From NCBI GenBank assembly GCA_030429235.1, contig JAUIDB010000010.1, forward strand, positions 13,334 through 77,333: DNA of 64,000 nt. The letters are read 5' to 3'. Shown here piece by piece: positions 45,591 to 54,861 of the stretch; the first letter of the stretch is position 1; each line of letters opens with the position of its first letter. Source of the DNA: Thermoanaerobaculia bacterium. Its GTDB lineage: Bacteria > Acidobacteriota > Thermoanaerobaculia > Multivoradales > JAIOJS01. Under the pieces are notes generated by a model. The model worked only from the letters and a program-made list of their open reading frames with translations, was not told where the DNA came from and did not search any database. Position numbers and translations under genes: made by a program.

Positions 45591-46274
45591 ATGCCCGGAT
45601 ATGGCCAGTTCTGTCCAGTGGCGAAGGCGTCGGAGGTCCTCGCCGAGCGTTGGACTCCGCTCGTCGTCCGCGAACTGCTGTCGGGGAGCCACCGCTTCAA
45701 CGAACTGCAGCGAGGCGTCCCGCTGATGTCGCGTTCCTTGCTCTCCAAGCGCTTGAAGGAACTCGAACGGGCGGGAGTGGTCGAGCGCCGGAAGCTGGCC
45801 GGTCAGGGCACCCACGAGTACTACCTCACACCGGCGGGAGAGGAACTCCGCCCGATCATCGAGGGCCTGGGAGTGTGGGGCCAGCGTTGGGTACGCCAGG
45901 CGGTCGAACCGGAGGATCTCGATCCCGCGCTCCTGATGTGGGACATTCGGCGCCGAGTGCTCTGTGACGAGATCGAGGGCCGTCGCGTCGTCACCCGGTT
46001 CGACTTCCTCGGCGTACCGGCCGCGAAACGGCGTTGGTGGCTGGTCGTCAGTGGCGACGGCTGCGATCTCTGTCTCACGGATCCCGGATTCGAAGTGCAG
46101 CTCTTCCTCGAGGTCGGGATTCAGCCGCTGACCCACTACTGGCTGGGTCGGATCGAGTGGCGCCAACTGGTGGCGACCGACGGTTTTGCCCTCGAGGGGC
46201 CGACCTGGGCGCGACGTTCGTTGCCAAAGTGGTTGGGCCGCAGCAGCACCGCCCCCTACGCTCGTCACGACTAA
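45591..46274 (+). CDS. HxlR-family transcriptional regulator with a C-terminal extension
   Basis: The wHTH is 'QFCPVAKASEVLAERWTPLVVRELLSGSHRFNELQRGVPLMSRSLLSKRLKELERAGVVERR'. It is divergent from the FAD-linked oxidase. Confidence 0.75.
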   Translation: MPGYGQFCPVAKASEVLAERWTPLVVRELLSGSHRFNELQRGVPLMSRSLLSKRLKELERAGVVERRKLAGQGTHEYYLTPAGEELRPIIEGLGVWGQRWVRQAVEPEDLDPALLMWDIRRRVLCDEIEGRRVVTRFDFLGVPAAKRRWWLVVSGDGCDLCLTDPGFEVQLFLEVGIQPLTHYWLGRIEWRQLVATDGFALEGPTWARRSLPKWLGRSSTAPYARHD

Positions 46275-46385
46275 ACCTGGGCGATCCCCATAGAGTGGCC
46301 CCGGGAATGGTGGGTTGCGGGGAGCATGTTCATGCGCTTTCGTTGCCTGGGAGCGAGCGGCCATCATGGGGCGAGAGGAGGTCCC

Positions 46386-47627
46386 ATGCACCGAGCACTT
46401 GTTCTCTCCGGAGCGTTCCTGGTTTCGTCGTTCCAGCCCATCTGCGCCGACAGCTACGTCGTCGATACCGAGGCCGACGTCATGGCGACCGGCTGCTCGG
46501 ACATCGTGGTAGGCGACTGTAGCCTGCGCGGTGCGATCCAAAGGGCGAACCAGAATCCCGGGCTCGACGTGATCACCTTCGGCTTCGGGGTGGCCGACGT
46601 TGCGCTGGGAATCGTCGGTTCCTACGAGGATGACAATCAGCAGGGCGATCTGGACATCCTGGAGGAGGTAGTGATCAACGGCGGCGACGTGGTGACGATC
46701 GACGGCAGTCTGATCGGTGATCGAGTGTTCGACGTGATGACCAGCACGACCGTCGAACCGACGATCCTTCAGGGGCTCACAGTGACGGGCGGAGCGGCGC
46801 CGTCGGGAGACTCTCTCTTCGACGGTGGCGGCGTCCGCTGTGACTCTTCTCGGCTCCACCTCGAAGCCGTGGTGCTCGCCGGCAACGGTCCGGTCCGCAA
46901 TGGGGGAGGAGTGTTTGCCCTGTCGTGCGACCTCTCGGTCGTCACTTCCACCCTCGACCACAACACGGCGACCGGTCTGGGAGGTGGACTGCACTTCGAG
47001 TCCGGATCGGATCTTTCGATAGCCCACGTCGCCTTCGTGGCCAACGTCGCCAGCTCGGGGGGTGGGTTGCAAGTGCACTCGGCGAGCGCCACCGTCGAGA
47101 ACACGACCTTCAGCGGCAACGACGCCGACAACGATGGGAGTGCGTTGCAAGTTGCGTTCGGCGAGTTGGAACTGGGCTTCGTGACCGTGGTCGGAGGGAC
47201 CGGCAACAACACTCTGTCCAACGCCGCGTCGGTGGTTTCGACCGTGGCCAACTCGGTGATCGTCGGTACCTGTCAGGGGACCTTCACGACCGAGGGTGGC
47301 AATCTCGAAGCGCCCGGCGACACCTGCGGACTCGACCCTCTCGTCGACCAGTTCTCCGTCGCCGATGCCCTCCTGCAGCCGCTGGGCTTCTACGGGGGGC
47401 GGACGCCCTCCCATGCTCCGCGCTGGGACAGTCCCGCGGTTGACGATCCTCTCGGCGTCATCGCCGACTGTCCCACGGTCGATCAGCGCCTCCAGCCTCG
47501 ACCCGTCGATGGCAACGGGGATAGCATCGTCGGGTGTGATGCCGGCGCCGTCGAAGCGGACGAACTGATCTTCGCCGACGGATTCGAGTCGGGCGACACC
47601 CTCGCCTGGGGGGTTGCCAGCCAGTAG
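46386..47627 (+). CDS. Secreted right-handed beta-helix (Pmp-like repeat) protein with a C-terminal FADGFESGDTLAW tail
   Basis: ATG with a GAGGAGG RBS and a signal peptide. Repeats of the form 'GGGV(R/F)..', 'GGGLHFESGS' and 'GGGLQVHSAS' are typical of parallel beta-helices. It ends ...LIFADGFESGDTLAWGVASQ. Confidence 0.7.
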   Translation: MHRALVLSGAFLVSSFQPICADSYVVDTEADVMATGCSDIVVGDCSLRGAIQRANQNPGLDVITFGFGVADVALGIVGSYEDDNQQGDLDILEEVVINGGDVVTIDGSLIGDRVFDVMTSTTVEPTILQGLTVTGGAAPSGDSLFDGGGVRCDSSRLHLEAVVLAGNGPVRNGGGVFALSCDLSVVTSTLDHNTATGLGGGLHFESGSDLSIAHVAFVANVASSGGGLQVHSASATVENTTFSGNDADNDGSALQVAFGELELGFVTVVGGTGNNTLSNAASVVSTVANSVIVGTCQGTFTTEGGNLEAPGDTCGLDPLVDQFSVADALLQPLGFYGGRTPSHAPRWDSPAVDDPLGVIADCPTVDQRLQPRPVDGNGDSIVGCDAGAVEADELIFADGFESGDTLAWGVASQ

Positions 47628-47853
47628 GAACGTGATGAAGAAGCGAAGGCCCCACGCCCGCGAGCTCCACCGCCGCCGCTACCAGCCTCAGACGGTACCG
47701 GACCGCCGGTCGGAGCATCTGGAAGAGGCGGCCCGCGACGAGATCGAGGAGGCCCTCGAAGAGGTCGCCAAAGATCGTCCGTCCGAGCCGTCGAACCCGA
47801 CGGTCGAAGACGATCAGCCGGGTTGATGCCGGAGGCCCGGCCCCTCTCCTAGG

Positions 47854-47882
47854 TCACGAAAACGCCAGCGGTTCGCTACAAT
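47854..47882 (+). promoter_or_regulatory. Sigma-70-like promoter candidate (TCACGA-N17-TACAAT) giving a near-leaderless transcript for the HEAT-repeat gene
   Basis: The -10 hexamer TACAAT ends 9 nt before the ATG at 47892. There is no SD sequence. Confidence 0.3.
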
Positions 47883-47891
47883 CGGCACACC

Positions 47892-50132
47892 ATGACCAGC
47901 GGACCAGTCACGGTGGAGACGTTCATCCATATGATGAGCCTCGCCTGGAAGCAGCTCTGGGTCTACCCCGAGGGGCATCCGGCACGGGCGGGAGCGGTGG
48001 GGCGTGCCTTCGCGCAGCTTCGTCTGCTCGTCGCGCCGACGGGGGAACTCGCTCTCGGCATCGATCGCGATGCCCTGGTCTGCGGCGGGGACCGGTTGAC
48101 CGACACCAACGCGCAGCAGGTGGCGGGACAGCTCTTTCGACGCAATGTCGCGGTGGTTCGGTTCCTCGAAGGGGTGGCTCCCGAGGACCTCGAGACCTGG
48201 CTGGCGCTGCTGCACCCGGATCCGTTGAAGAAGCACACCCAGAGGCTCTGGGACGAGGCGGCTCAGGCCGGAGTACAGCAGATCGAGATGGAGCCGGTCG
48301 ACTTTTCCGGCGTGGAAGCGACCGAGGACCTCGAGGCCGAGGTGGAGGAGGGCGAGTCGCCGGTCCAGGGCAACCTGTGGAACCGAATCCTCGCACGGTT
48401 GCTCGAGTCTGGCGCCAAGGGGGGTCCGAGGAAGGCGCGCAGCGGCGGTGGCGGCGGACTGTCCGAGGTCGTGCAGCTGTTGAAGGACTTGATCACGGAG
48501 GGAGAGGGGGAGGCGTCCGAGGGCGACCTGATCGGGGCTCCGGGAGCCTCCGATGGGGAGACGGTCGCCAAGCAGCGCAAGCGTCGAATGCACCATCTGG
48601 CCGAGCACCTCGCTTCGGCTGTGACCGGTCATCTCACCGAAGCGGGTACCGGCGAGCGTCCGGCCGAGGCGGACCTGCGGCAGGTGGCGGAACTGGTCAA
48701 GGCACTGCCCGCGGCGATGCGGCCCCAAGTCCTCGACGCGGCGGTGCGGCGGGTGGCGGGAGCCGAGGACGCCCGGGGTCTGGAACTGATGGCAGCCTCC
48801 AGTTCGGCGGCGGCCGTCGTCGGTTCGTTGCGCCGGTTGCGGGGAGAGGACTTCAGCTTCTCGGAACACGCGCTGTCGATCGTCGATGCCCTGGCCTGGA
48901 AGGAGGCGGGTGGTCTCGAACGCGAACAAGAGCTCTCCGAGGCCCAGCTGCAACATCGAGCCCACGATCTGAAGCGTTTCTTCGCGGCCGAGGACATCGA
49001 CTCCGTGGCCGGGGGAGGAGGGACCAACTCGCTGCTGTTGGAGCTACCGCCCGAGGTCGAGCCGCTGTCCGAGCTACCCCTCGAGATCGAGAACGATCTC
49101 CGCTCGTTGTCGGATCAGCACCAGTCTCGAGCCCTCTCGATGACGCTGCTCGAGTTGATCGCGCGCGCCCGGGAGCCGGAGGCGGCGGACCCCATGATCG
49201 AGCGGTTGGAGACGGTCTTCGCGACCCTCGTCACGGAAGGGCAGCTGACTTCGGCGACCCGAATCGTCGAGGTGCTGCGCGAGATCTCGACCCGTCAGGA
49301 AGAGACCGAGGCGGCGCGCGGGGCCGCCGTTCGTGGGCTGCGGCGCCTGTCGGGGCCGGCGGGGACCACGGCCATGGTGGACTACGTGGCGCGCGTTACC
49401 CACGAGGGATACGAGCGTCCCCAGAAACTGGTCGATGCCTTCGACGGCGCAATGCTCAAGTCGTTGCTGCAAGCGCTGTCGGAGGAGGAGGACATGACGC
49501 GGCGCAAGCGGCTGCTCGGCTTCCTGACCGCTCTGGGAAGCGAGGTAGCAGGCCTGGCTACCACCGCCCTGCAGGACTCGCGCTGGTTCGTGGTGCGCAA
49601 CATGCTGGGTCTACTCCGCGACGTCGGAGGGCCCGAAGCGGTGCCGGCGGTCCGCAAGGCAGCAGGGCACGAAAACCCGAAGGTGCGGCTCGAAGCGATC
49701 AAGACCCTCGCCCAGTTGGACGACGAGCCGCCACGAGACCTGATCGAGCAGCTCCTGGCGGACTCCGATGCCCAGGTGGCGGAACTGGCCACCACGACCC
49801 TGGCGGGCCGGGCCGGAGCCGGGGTCGACAGCCTGGTGGCTCTCCTGCAGAAGAAGGACCCTCTCGGGCGCGGCCGGGCTCAGCGGCTCAAGGCGTTCCG
49901 GACCCTCGGCACGGTGGGCGACCCACGCGCCCTCAAGCCCCTCAAGCGCTACTTCAACCAGTTCTTCGTCTTCGACCACATCAGCGAACGGAGGGCGGCG
50001 TTCGCTTCGCTGGCGGGGTACGAAGCGGAGGCGAGGAAACCCTGGCTCAAGAAGGGACGCAAGTCCAAGGACCCCGAGATCCAAGCGGTCTGTAGCCGCC
50101 TGTGGTCTGAAGATCAGGCGGGAGCGAACTGA
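47892..50132 (+). CDS. Large hypothetical cytoplasmic protein with C-terminal HEAT/PBS-lyase-like repeats
   Basis: 746 aa with no signal peptide. The C-terminal third contains repeated 'VR..A...LG.....A...L..LL.D....VR..A' HEAT-like units. The stop overlaps the start of the HD-GYP gene. Confidence 0.65.
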   Translation: MTSGPVTVETFIHMMSLAWKQLWVYPEGHPARAGAVGRAFAQLRLLVAPTGELALGIDRDALVCGGDRLTDTNAQQVAGQLFRRNVAVVRFLEGVAPEDLETWLALLHPDPLKKHTQRLWDEAAQAGVQQIEMEPVDFSGVEATEDLEAEVEEGESPVQGNLWNRILARLLESGAKGGPRKARSGGGGGLSEVVQLLKDLITEGEGEASEGDLIGAPGASDGETVAKQRKRRMHHLAEHLASAVTGHLTEAGTGERPAEADLRQVAELVKALPAAMRPQVLDAAVRRVAGAEDARGLELMAASSSAAAVVGSLRRLRGEDFSFSEHALSIVDALAWKEAGGLEREQELSEAQLQHRAHDLKRFFAAEDIDSVAGGGGTNSLLLELPPEVEPLSELPLEIENDLRSLSDQHQSRALSMTLLELIARAREPEAADPMIERLETVFATLVTEGQLTSATRIVEVLREISTRQEETEAARGAAVRGLRRLSGPAGTTAMVDYVARVTHEGYERPQKLVDAFDGAMLKSLLQALSEEEDMTRRKRLLGFLTALGSEVAGLATTALQDSRWFVVRNMLGLLRDVGGPEAVPAVRKAAGHENPKVRLEAIKTLAQLDDEPPRDLIEQLLADSDAQVAELATTTLAGRAGAGVDSLVALLQKKDPLGRGRAQRLKAFRTLGTVGDPRALKPLKRYFNQFFVFDHISERRAAFASLAGYEAEARKPWLKKGRKSKDPEIQAVCSRLWSEDQAGAN

Positions 50133-51277
50133 TGTCGCGAGGTCTCAACGAGGTGATCTTCTCGGCCACTACCGCGATCAGCGCGCGCTCGATGTACCCG
50201 GTGACCCATCCCAAGTTCGAGGAGGCTCGGGATCGTCTGCTGGGAGCGCTCGAACACGCGATGAAGGAGCGCAAGGCCGACGAGATGACCTTCCTGGTGG
50301 TCGGCGAGGACCTGGTCGAGGGCGACCGGCCGATTCGGCAATCGACCCTCTACATCGAGAGTTTTCTGCGCGCTCTGAAGCGTCACGGAGTCGAGCGGGT
50401 CACCTTTGCGCGCGGGATCACGGTCGAAGAGCTGGCGGGGTTTCTCGCCGGGATGAGTGGTGCCGGCGATCTGCAGACCACGACCCACCTGGTACTCGGT
50501 AAAGTTCGTCTCGAACTCGACTCGGTGGGTGAGGGAGGCGACGGCGAAGGCGAAGGGGAGGAGGGCGATGCCGGGGACCGGGGGCCGGGTCAGGTTCGCG
50601 GATTCTCGGAGCGAGATCTCGACGTGGCCCGAGGGAGTTTCGTGGGGTTCCGGACCGACCGTCAGGGCAGCATCAGGGCGCTGGATTCCGTGATGTGGCA
50701 TCTGATGGAGGGGATGGGCCGAGCGAGTCGCAACCTGCTGCTGTTGGCGCCGCTGAAGGGTGTGGACGACCGGGCCTTCGTGCACGCCATCAACGTCTCC
50801 CTTCTGGTGCTGATGCAGGGCCGATCGTTGGGAATCGGTGGCCAGCCGCTGCATGATCTGGGGATGGCGGCGTTGCTGCACGACATCGGCAAGCTCAGCT
50901 TGCCGCCGGCGATCGTGCAGAAGAAGGAGCCGCTGGACGAGAAGGAGGCAGCGATGCTCCGCCAGCATCCGGAACTGGGAGCGGTGCATCTGAGCGGGGT
51001 TCCGGGTACCTCGACCCTCGCCGTCTTGGTGGCCTACGAACACCATCTTCGTTGGGACGGCAAACCGAGCTATCCGGTCCTGCGGACGCCGCGGCGGCCC
51101 GGCCTCGCTTCGCAGCTGACGGCGGTGGCTGACACCTACGACCTGGCGCACAGCCGCTACGGCAACCCGCGAGGAGCCGCCCGAGCCCGGGCGCTGCAAG
51201 CGGTTGCAGCGCGGTCTGGAACCTTCTTGAATCCCGCTTTGGTACAGAACTTCAGCCGCCTGCTGGCAGCCGACTGA
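50132..51277 (+). CDS. HD-GYP-type HD-domain protein (GYP motif degenerate as 'SYP')
   Basis: 'LLHDIGK' gives the HD motif. 'EHHLRWDGKPSYPVL' corresponds to HHExxDGxGYP with G replaced by S. An N-terminal ~150-aa domain is unknown. Confidence 0.7.
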   Translation: MSRGLNEVIFSATTAISARSMYPVTHPKFEEARDRLLGALEHAMKERKADEMTFLVVGEDLVEGDRPIRQSTLYIESFLRALKRHGVERVTFARGITVEELAGFLAGMSGAGDLQTTTHLVLGKVRLELDSVGEGGDGEGEGEEGDAGDRGPGQVRGFSERDLDVARGSFVGFRTDRQGSIRALDSVMWHLMEGMGRASRNLLLLAPLKGVDDRAFVHAINVSLLVLMQGRSLGIGGQPLHDLGMAALLHDIGKLSLPPAIVQKKEPLDEKEAAMLRQHPELGAVHLSGVPGTSTLAVLVAYEHHLRWDGKPSYPVLRTPRRPGLASQLTAVADTYDLAHSRYGNPRGAARARALQAVAARSGTFLNPALVQNFSRLLAAD

Positions 51278-51423
51278 CCGCCGGTCCGCCGTCTCCACGG
51301 CGCGAGCGGGAACCGTGGGCGGGATTGGTATAGTCAGCGCTCATTACGACCCCGTGCTCATGGCGGTCGCCCGGATCTGGCGGTGGCCTCGGTGAGTGAC
51401 GATCTCGCTGGAAAGGGAACTCC

Positions 51424-54400
51424 ATGCCGCCACGTTTCTCCACCCTCCATCGGTCCGTCGCCGTTCCCGGTGCGGTCGCCTTGCTCGTTACCTGGCTCAT
51501 CCTCCTACTCGCGGCCCAGGCCGCGCTCGCCACAACCGCTCGCAAGGGGAAGAAGGCGAAAGCCGAAGCCGAAGCGGAGGAGGAAGAGTGGTCGGTCGAC
51601 GCCCCGCCGTACCCGACCTTCGAGGTGGCCATCGACGTCGAGGAGGGTACCTGGATGTCGCTCGATGTCAGTCCCGAAGGCGACGAGATCGTGTTCGATC
51701 TGCTCGGCGATCTCTACACGCTGCCCATCACCGGCGGGGAGGCCACCCGTATCAGTCAAGGGATCTCCTGGGACATGCATCCGACCTACAGCCCCGATGG
51801 CCAGCGCATCGCGTTCACCAGCGATCGGGCGGGGGGAGACAACATCTGGGTGATCGACCGCGACGGGAGCGATCCAGTGCAGGTGTCCGACGAGAGCTTC
51901 CGACTGCTGAACAGCCCGGCCTGGAGCCCCGACGGCGAGTACATCGCGGCTCACAAGCACTTCACGTCGCAGCGGTCGCTCGGAGCCGGTGAGATCTGGC
52001 TCTACCATCGGAGCGGATCCGGCGGGTTGCAGATGACCGAGCGACGGAACGACCAGAAGGACCTCGGCGAACCCGCCTTCTCGCCCGATGGGCGGTATCT
52101 CTACTACTCCCACGACGCCACGCCGGGCGACACCTTCGAGTACAGCAAGGACTCGAACGGTCAGATCTACGCAATCTACCGCATGGACCGCGAGACGGGG
52201 CGCGTCGAGTCCCTGGTTTCCGGGGCGGGCGGAGCGGTACGACCGACCCCCTCGCCGGACGGCAGGCTGCTGGCGTTCGTGCGCCGGGTCGACTTCGTGA
52301 GCACCCTCTTTCTCAAGGACCTCGAGTCGGGTCAGGAGTGGCCGCTCTATTCACCCCTCGAACGAGACATGCAGGAGACCTGGGCCATCCACGGGGTGTA
52401 TCCCTCGATGGCTTGGACCCCGGACAGCCAGGAGATCGTGTTCTGGGCCAAGGGCAAGATCCATCGGCTGGACGTCGAGACCCAGGAGTACCACGAGATC
52501 CCCTTCCACGTGGCGGACTCGAGGCAGGTGGCGCAGGCACGACGGCGGCCCATCGAGGTCCACCCCGAGGCCACCGACGTGAGGATGTTGCGGTGGCTGA
52601 CCGCCTCACCGACCGGCGACCGCGTCGTCTACCAGGCCCTGGGATACCTCTGGGTCCAGGAACTTCCGAACGGCGAGCCTCAACGGCTTACGGCCCAGGA
52701 AGCGCACTGGGAGTACTACCCGGCCTTCTCGCGCGATGGGAAGTGGATCGCCTACACCACCTGGTCGGACGACGAACTGGGGACGGTGCGGATTGTCGCC
52801 GCCAGCGGCGGGGAAAGCCAGGTGGTCAGCGACCGCCCGGGACACTACGTCGAACCCGAGTTCTCGCCCAGCGGGGAAGCGCTGATCTTTCGCCGAACCA
52901 GCGGCGGCTACCTGCGAACTCCGACCTGGTCGCAAGACGAGGGGATCTACCGGATCGAGTTGGGGATGTTCGGAGAGTCGGGACCGGCGGAGTTGGTAAC
53001 TCGCGACGGTTGGCAGGCGCACTTCGGCGCCGAGGAGGACCGGATTTACCTGCTGCGCGCCTCCGGAGCCGACAGCCGAGACCTGGTCTCGGTCGATCTG
53101 TCGGGCGAAGACGAACGGACCCACGCTAGCGGCGGGTTCGTGAGCGAGTACCGGGTGTCTCCCGACAGCCTTTGGGTGGCGTGGCGAGAGCACTATCAGG
53201 CCTACCTGGCCGCCATGCCCCGGATCGGACGATCGATCAGCGTCGCCCCTGGGGCCAAGGCGATGCCCACGGCTTCACTGAGCAAGAACGCGGGGGAGCA
53301 CCTCCACTGGTCGGCTGACGGGGAGACCGTCTACTGGTCCCTGGGATCGCAGCTCTTCGATCGCTCGCGGTCGGAGCTCTTCGCCTTTGCTCCCGGTGCC
53401 CCGGACGAGTTGCCAGAACCCCCCGAGACGGGGCGGGACTTCGGGTTCGAGGTGCCGAGCGACGTGCCCACGGGGACCGTAGCCTTCATCGGCGGCAAGG
53501 TCATCACCATGCGGGGAGACGAGATCCTGGACCCCGGAACCGTGGTCGTGGAGGGCAACCGGATCCTGGCCGTCGGTCCGAGCGACGAGGTCGAGGTGCC
53601 GGCTGACGCCCACGAGGTCGATGCCACGGGGAAGGTCCTGATGCCGGGGCTGGTCGACGTGCACTGGCATGGTGCCTTCGCCAGCGAAGAGATCGTGCCC
53701 CAGCAGAACTGGGCGACGTATGCCAGCCTGGCGTTCGGAGTCACCACGGTCCATGACCCGTCGAACGACACCTCCGAGGTGTTCGCCGCCGCCGAGCTCC
53801 AGCGCAGCGGAGCGATCACCGCCCCCCGGATCTTCTCGACCGGGGTGATCATCTACGGGGCGAAGGCGTCGGTTCATGCTCCGATCGATAGCCTGGACGA
53901 CGCCCGTCGCCACCTGAAGCGACTGGCGGCCGCCGGTGCGTTCAGTGTCAAGAGCTACAACCAACCGCGGCGGGATCAGCGGCAGCAGGTGATCGAAGCG
54001 TCGCGGGAACTCGGCATGCTGGTGGTGCCCGAGGGCGGTTCGACCTTCATGCACAACCTCACGATGATCATCGACGGTCATACCGGCATCGAGCACTCCG
54101 TACCGGTCGCGGCAATCTACGACGACGTCGCGCAGCTATGGAGTGCTACCGAGACCGGCTACACCCCAACTCTCGGGGTCGGATACGGCGGGATCTGGGG
54201 CGAACGCTACTGGTACCAGCACACCGAGGTGTGGAAGAACGAGCGGCTGCTGAACTTCGTACCCCGGCGCCTGATCGATCCCGTGGCGCGGCGACGGATG
54301 ATGGCGCCCGAGAAGGAGTACAACCACTTCAACAACGCGCGGGTGGCAGCCCAGCTCCAGGATCTCGGAGTTCCGGTGGCGGTGGGAGCCCACGGTCAGC

Positions 54401-54774
54401 GGGAAGGGCTGGCGGCGCATTGGGAGATCTGGATGTTCGAACAGGGAGGAATGACGCCCCACGAAGCCCTGCGCGCAGGGACTCTCGACGGCGCCCGCTA
54501 CCTGGGGATGGACCACGAGATCGGCTCGCTGGAGGCGGGAAAACTCGCCGATCTGCTGGTGCTCGCCGCCGACCCGCTCGCCGACCTCCGCAACAGCGAG
54601 TCGGTCGAGTCGGTGATGGTCAACGGCCGGCTCTACGATGCCATGACCATGGAGCAGATCGGCAACCACCCGAGTCCGGCCCCGAGCTTCTTCTTCTCCT
54701 CCGAACCCGCGTCGGGGATGCACTGCGCGGGAGCGGCCTGCGCGGGGCCGAGTCACGCTCGCTGCGAACACTGA
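51424..54774 (+). CDS. Secreted TolB-like PD40 beta-propeller(s) fused to a C-terminal amidohydrolase domain
   Basis: Signal peptide, then PD40 repeats ('YSPDGQRIAFTSDR', 'WSPDGEYIAAHK', 'FSPDGRYLYYSHD', 'PSPDGRLLAFVRR'). The C-terminal 'LMPGLVDVHWHG' is a metal-binding amidohydrolase signature. Confidence 0.8.
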   Translation: MPPRFSTLHRSVAVPGAVALLVTWLILLLAAQAALATTARKGKKAKAEAEAEEEEWSVDAPPYPTFEVAIDVEEGTWMSLDVSPEGDEIVFDLLGDLYTLPITGGEATRISQGISWDMHPTYSPDGQRIAFTSDRAGGDNIWVIDRDGSDPVQVSDESFRLLNSPAWSPDGEYIAAHKHFTSQRSLGAGEIWLYHRSGSGGLQMTERRNDQKDLGEPAFSPDGRYLYYSHDATPGDTFEYSKDSNGQIYAIYRMDRETGRVESLVSGAGGAVRPTPSPDGRLLAFVRRVDFVSTLFLKDLESGQEWPLYSPLERDMQETWAIHGVYPSMAWTPDSQEIVFWAKGKIHRLDVETQEYHEIPFHVADSRQVAQARRRPIEVHPEATDVRMLRWLTASPTGDRVVYQALGYLWVQELPNGEPQRLTAQEAHWEYYPAFSRDGKWIAYTTWSDDELGTVRIVAASGGESQVVSDRPGHYVEPEFSPSGEALIFRRTSGGYLRTPTWSQDEGIYRIELGMFGESGPAELVTRDGWQAHFGAEEDRIYLLRASGADSRDLVSVDLSGEDERTHASGGFVSEYRVSPDSLWVAWREHYQAYLAAMPRIGRSISVAPGAKAMPTASLSKNAGEHLHWSADGETVYWSLGSQLFDRSRSELFAFAPGAPDELPEPPETGRDFGFEVPSDVPTGTVAFIGGKVITMRGDEILDPGTVVVEGNRILAVGPSDEVEVPADAHEVDATGKVLMPGLVDVHWHGAFASEEIVPQQNWATYASLAFGVTTVHDPSNDTSEVFAAAELQRSGAITAPRIFSTGVIIYGAKASVHAPIDSLDDARRHLKRLAAAGAFSVKSYNQPRRDQRQQVIEASRELGMLVVPEGGSTFMHNLTMIIDGHTGIEHSVPVAAIYDDVAQLWSATETGYTPTLGVGYGGIWGERYWYQHTEVWKNERLLNFVPRRLIDPVARRRMMAPEKEYNHFNNARVAAQLQDLGVPVAVGAHGQREGLAAHWEIWMFEQGGMTPHEALRAGTLDGARYLGMDHEIGSLEAGKLADLLVLAADPLADLRNSESVESVMVNGRLYDAMTMEQIGNHPSPAPSFFFSSEPASGMHCAGAACAGPSHARCEH

Positions 54775-54782
54775 AACTCGAG

Positions 54783-54808
54783 GGAACCTCGGCCCGCGGG
54801 TCTGCGTT
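54783..54808 (+). promoter_or_regulatory. ECF-type promoter candidate (GGAAC-N17-CGTT) upstream of the ECF sigma gene, likely autoregulatory
   Basis: A GGAAC -35-like element and a CGTT -10-like element at ECF-typical spacing, ~55 nt upstream of the sigma gene start. Confidence 0.3.
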
Positions 54809-54861
54809 CTTTGAGATAGGGCCACTTCGGAGGCCGCCGATCGACAAGGACACGACACGCT

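Noticed and set aside
45474-47414. 646-aa minus-strand ORF spanning the HxlR and beta-helix genes
   Set aside because: It overlaps two well-supported plus-strand genes and has Arg-rich composition, no RBS and no domain.
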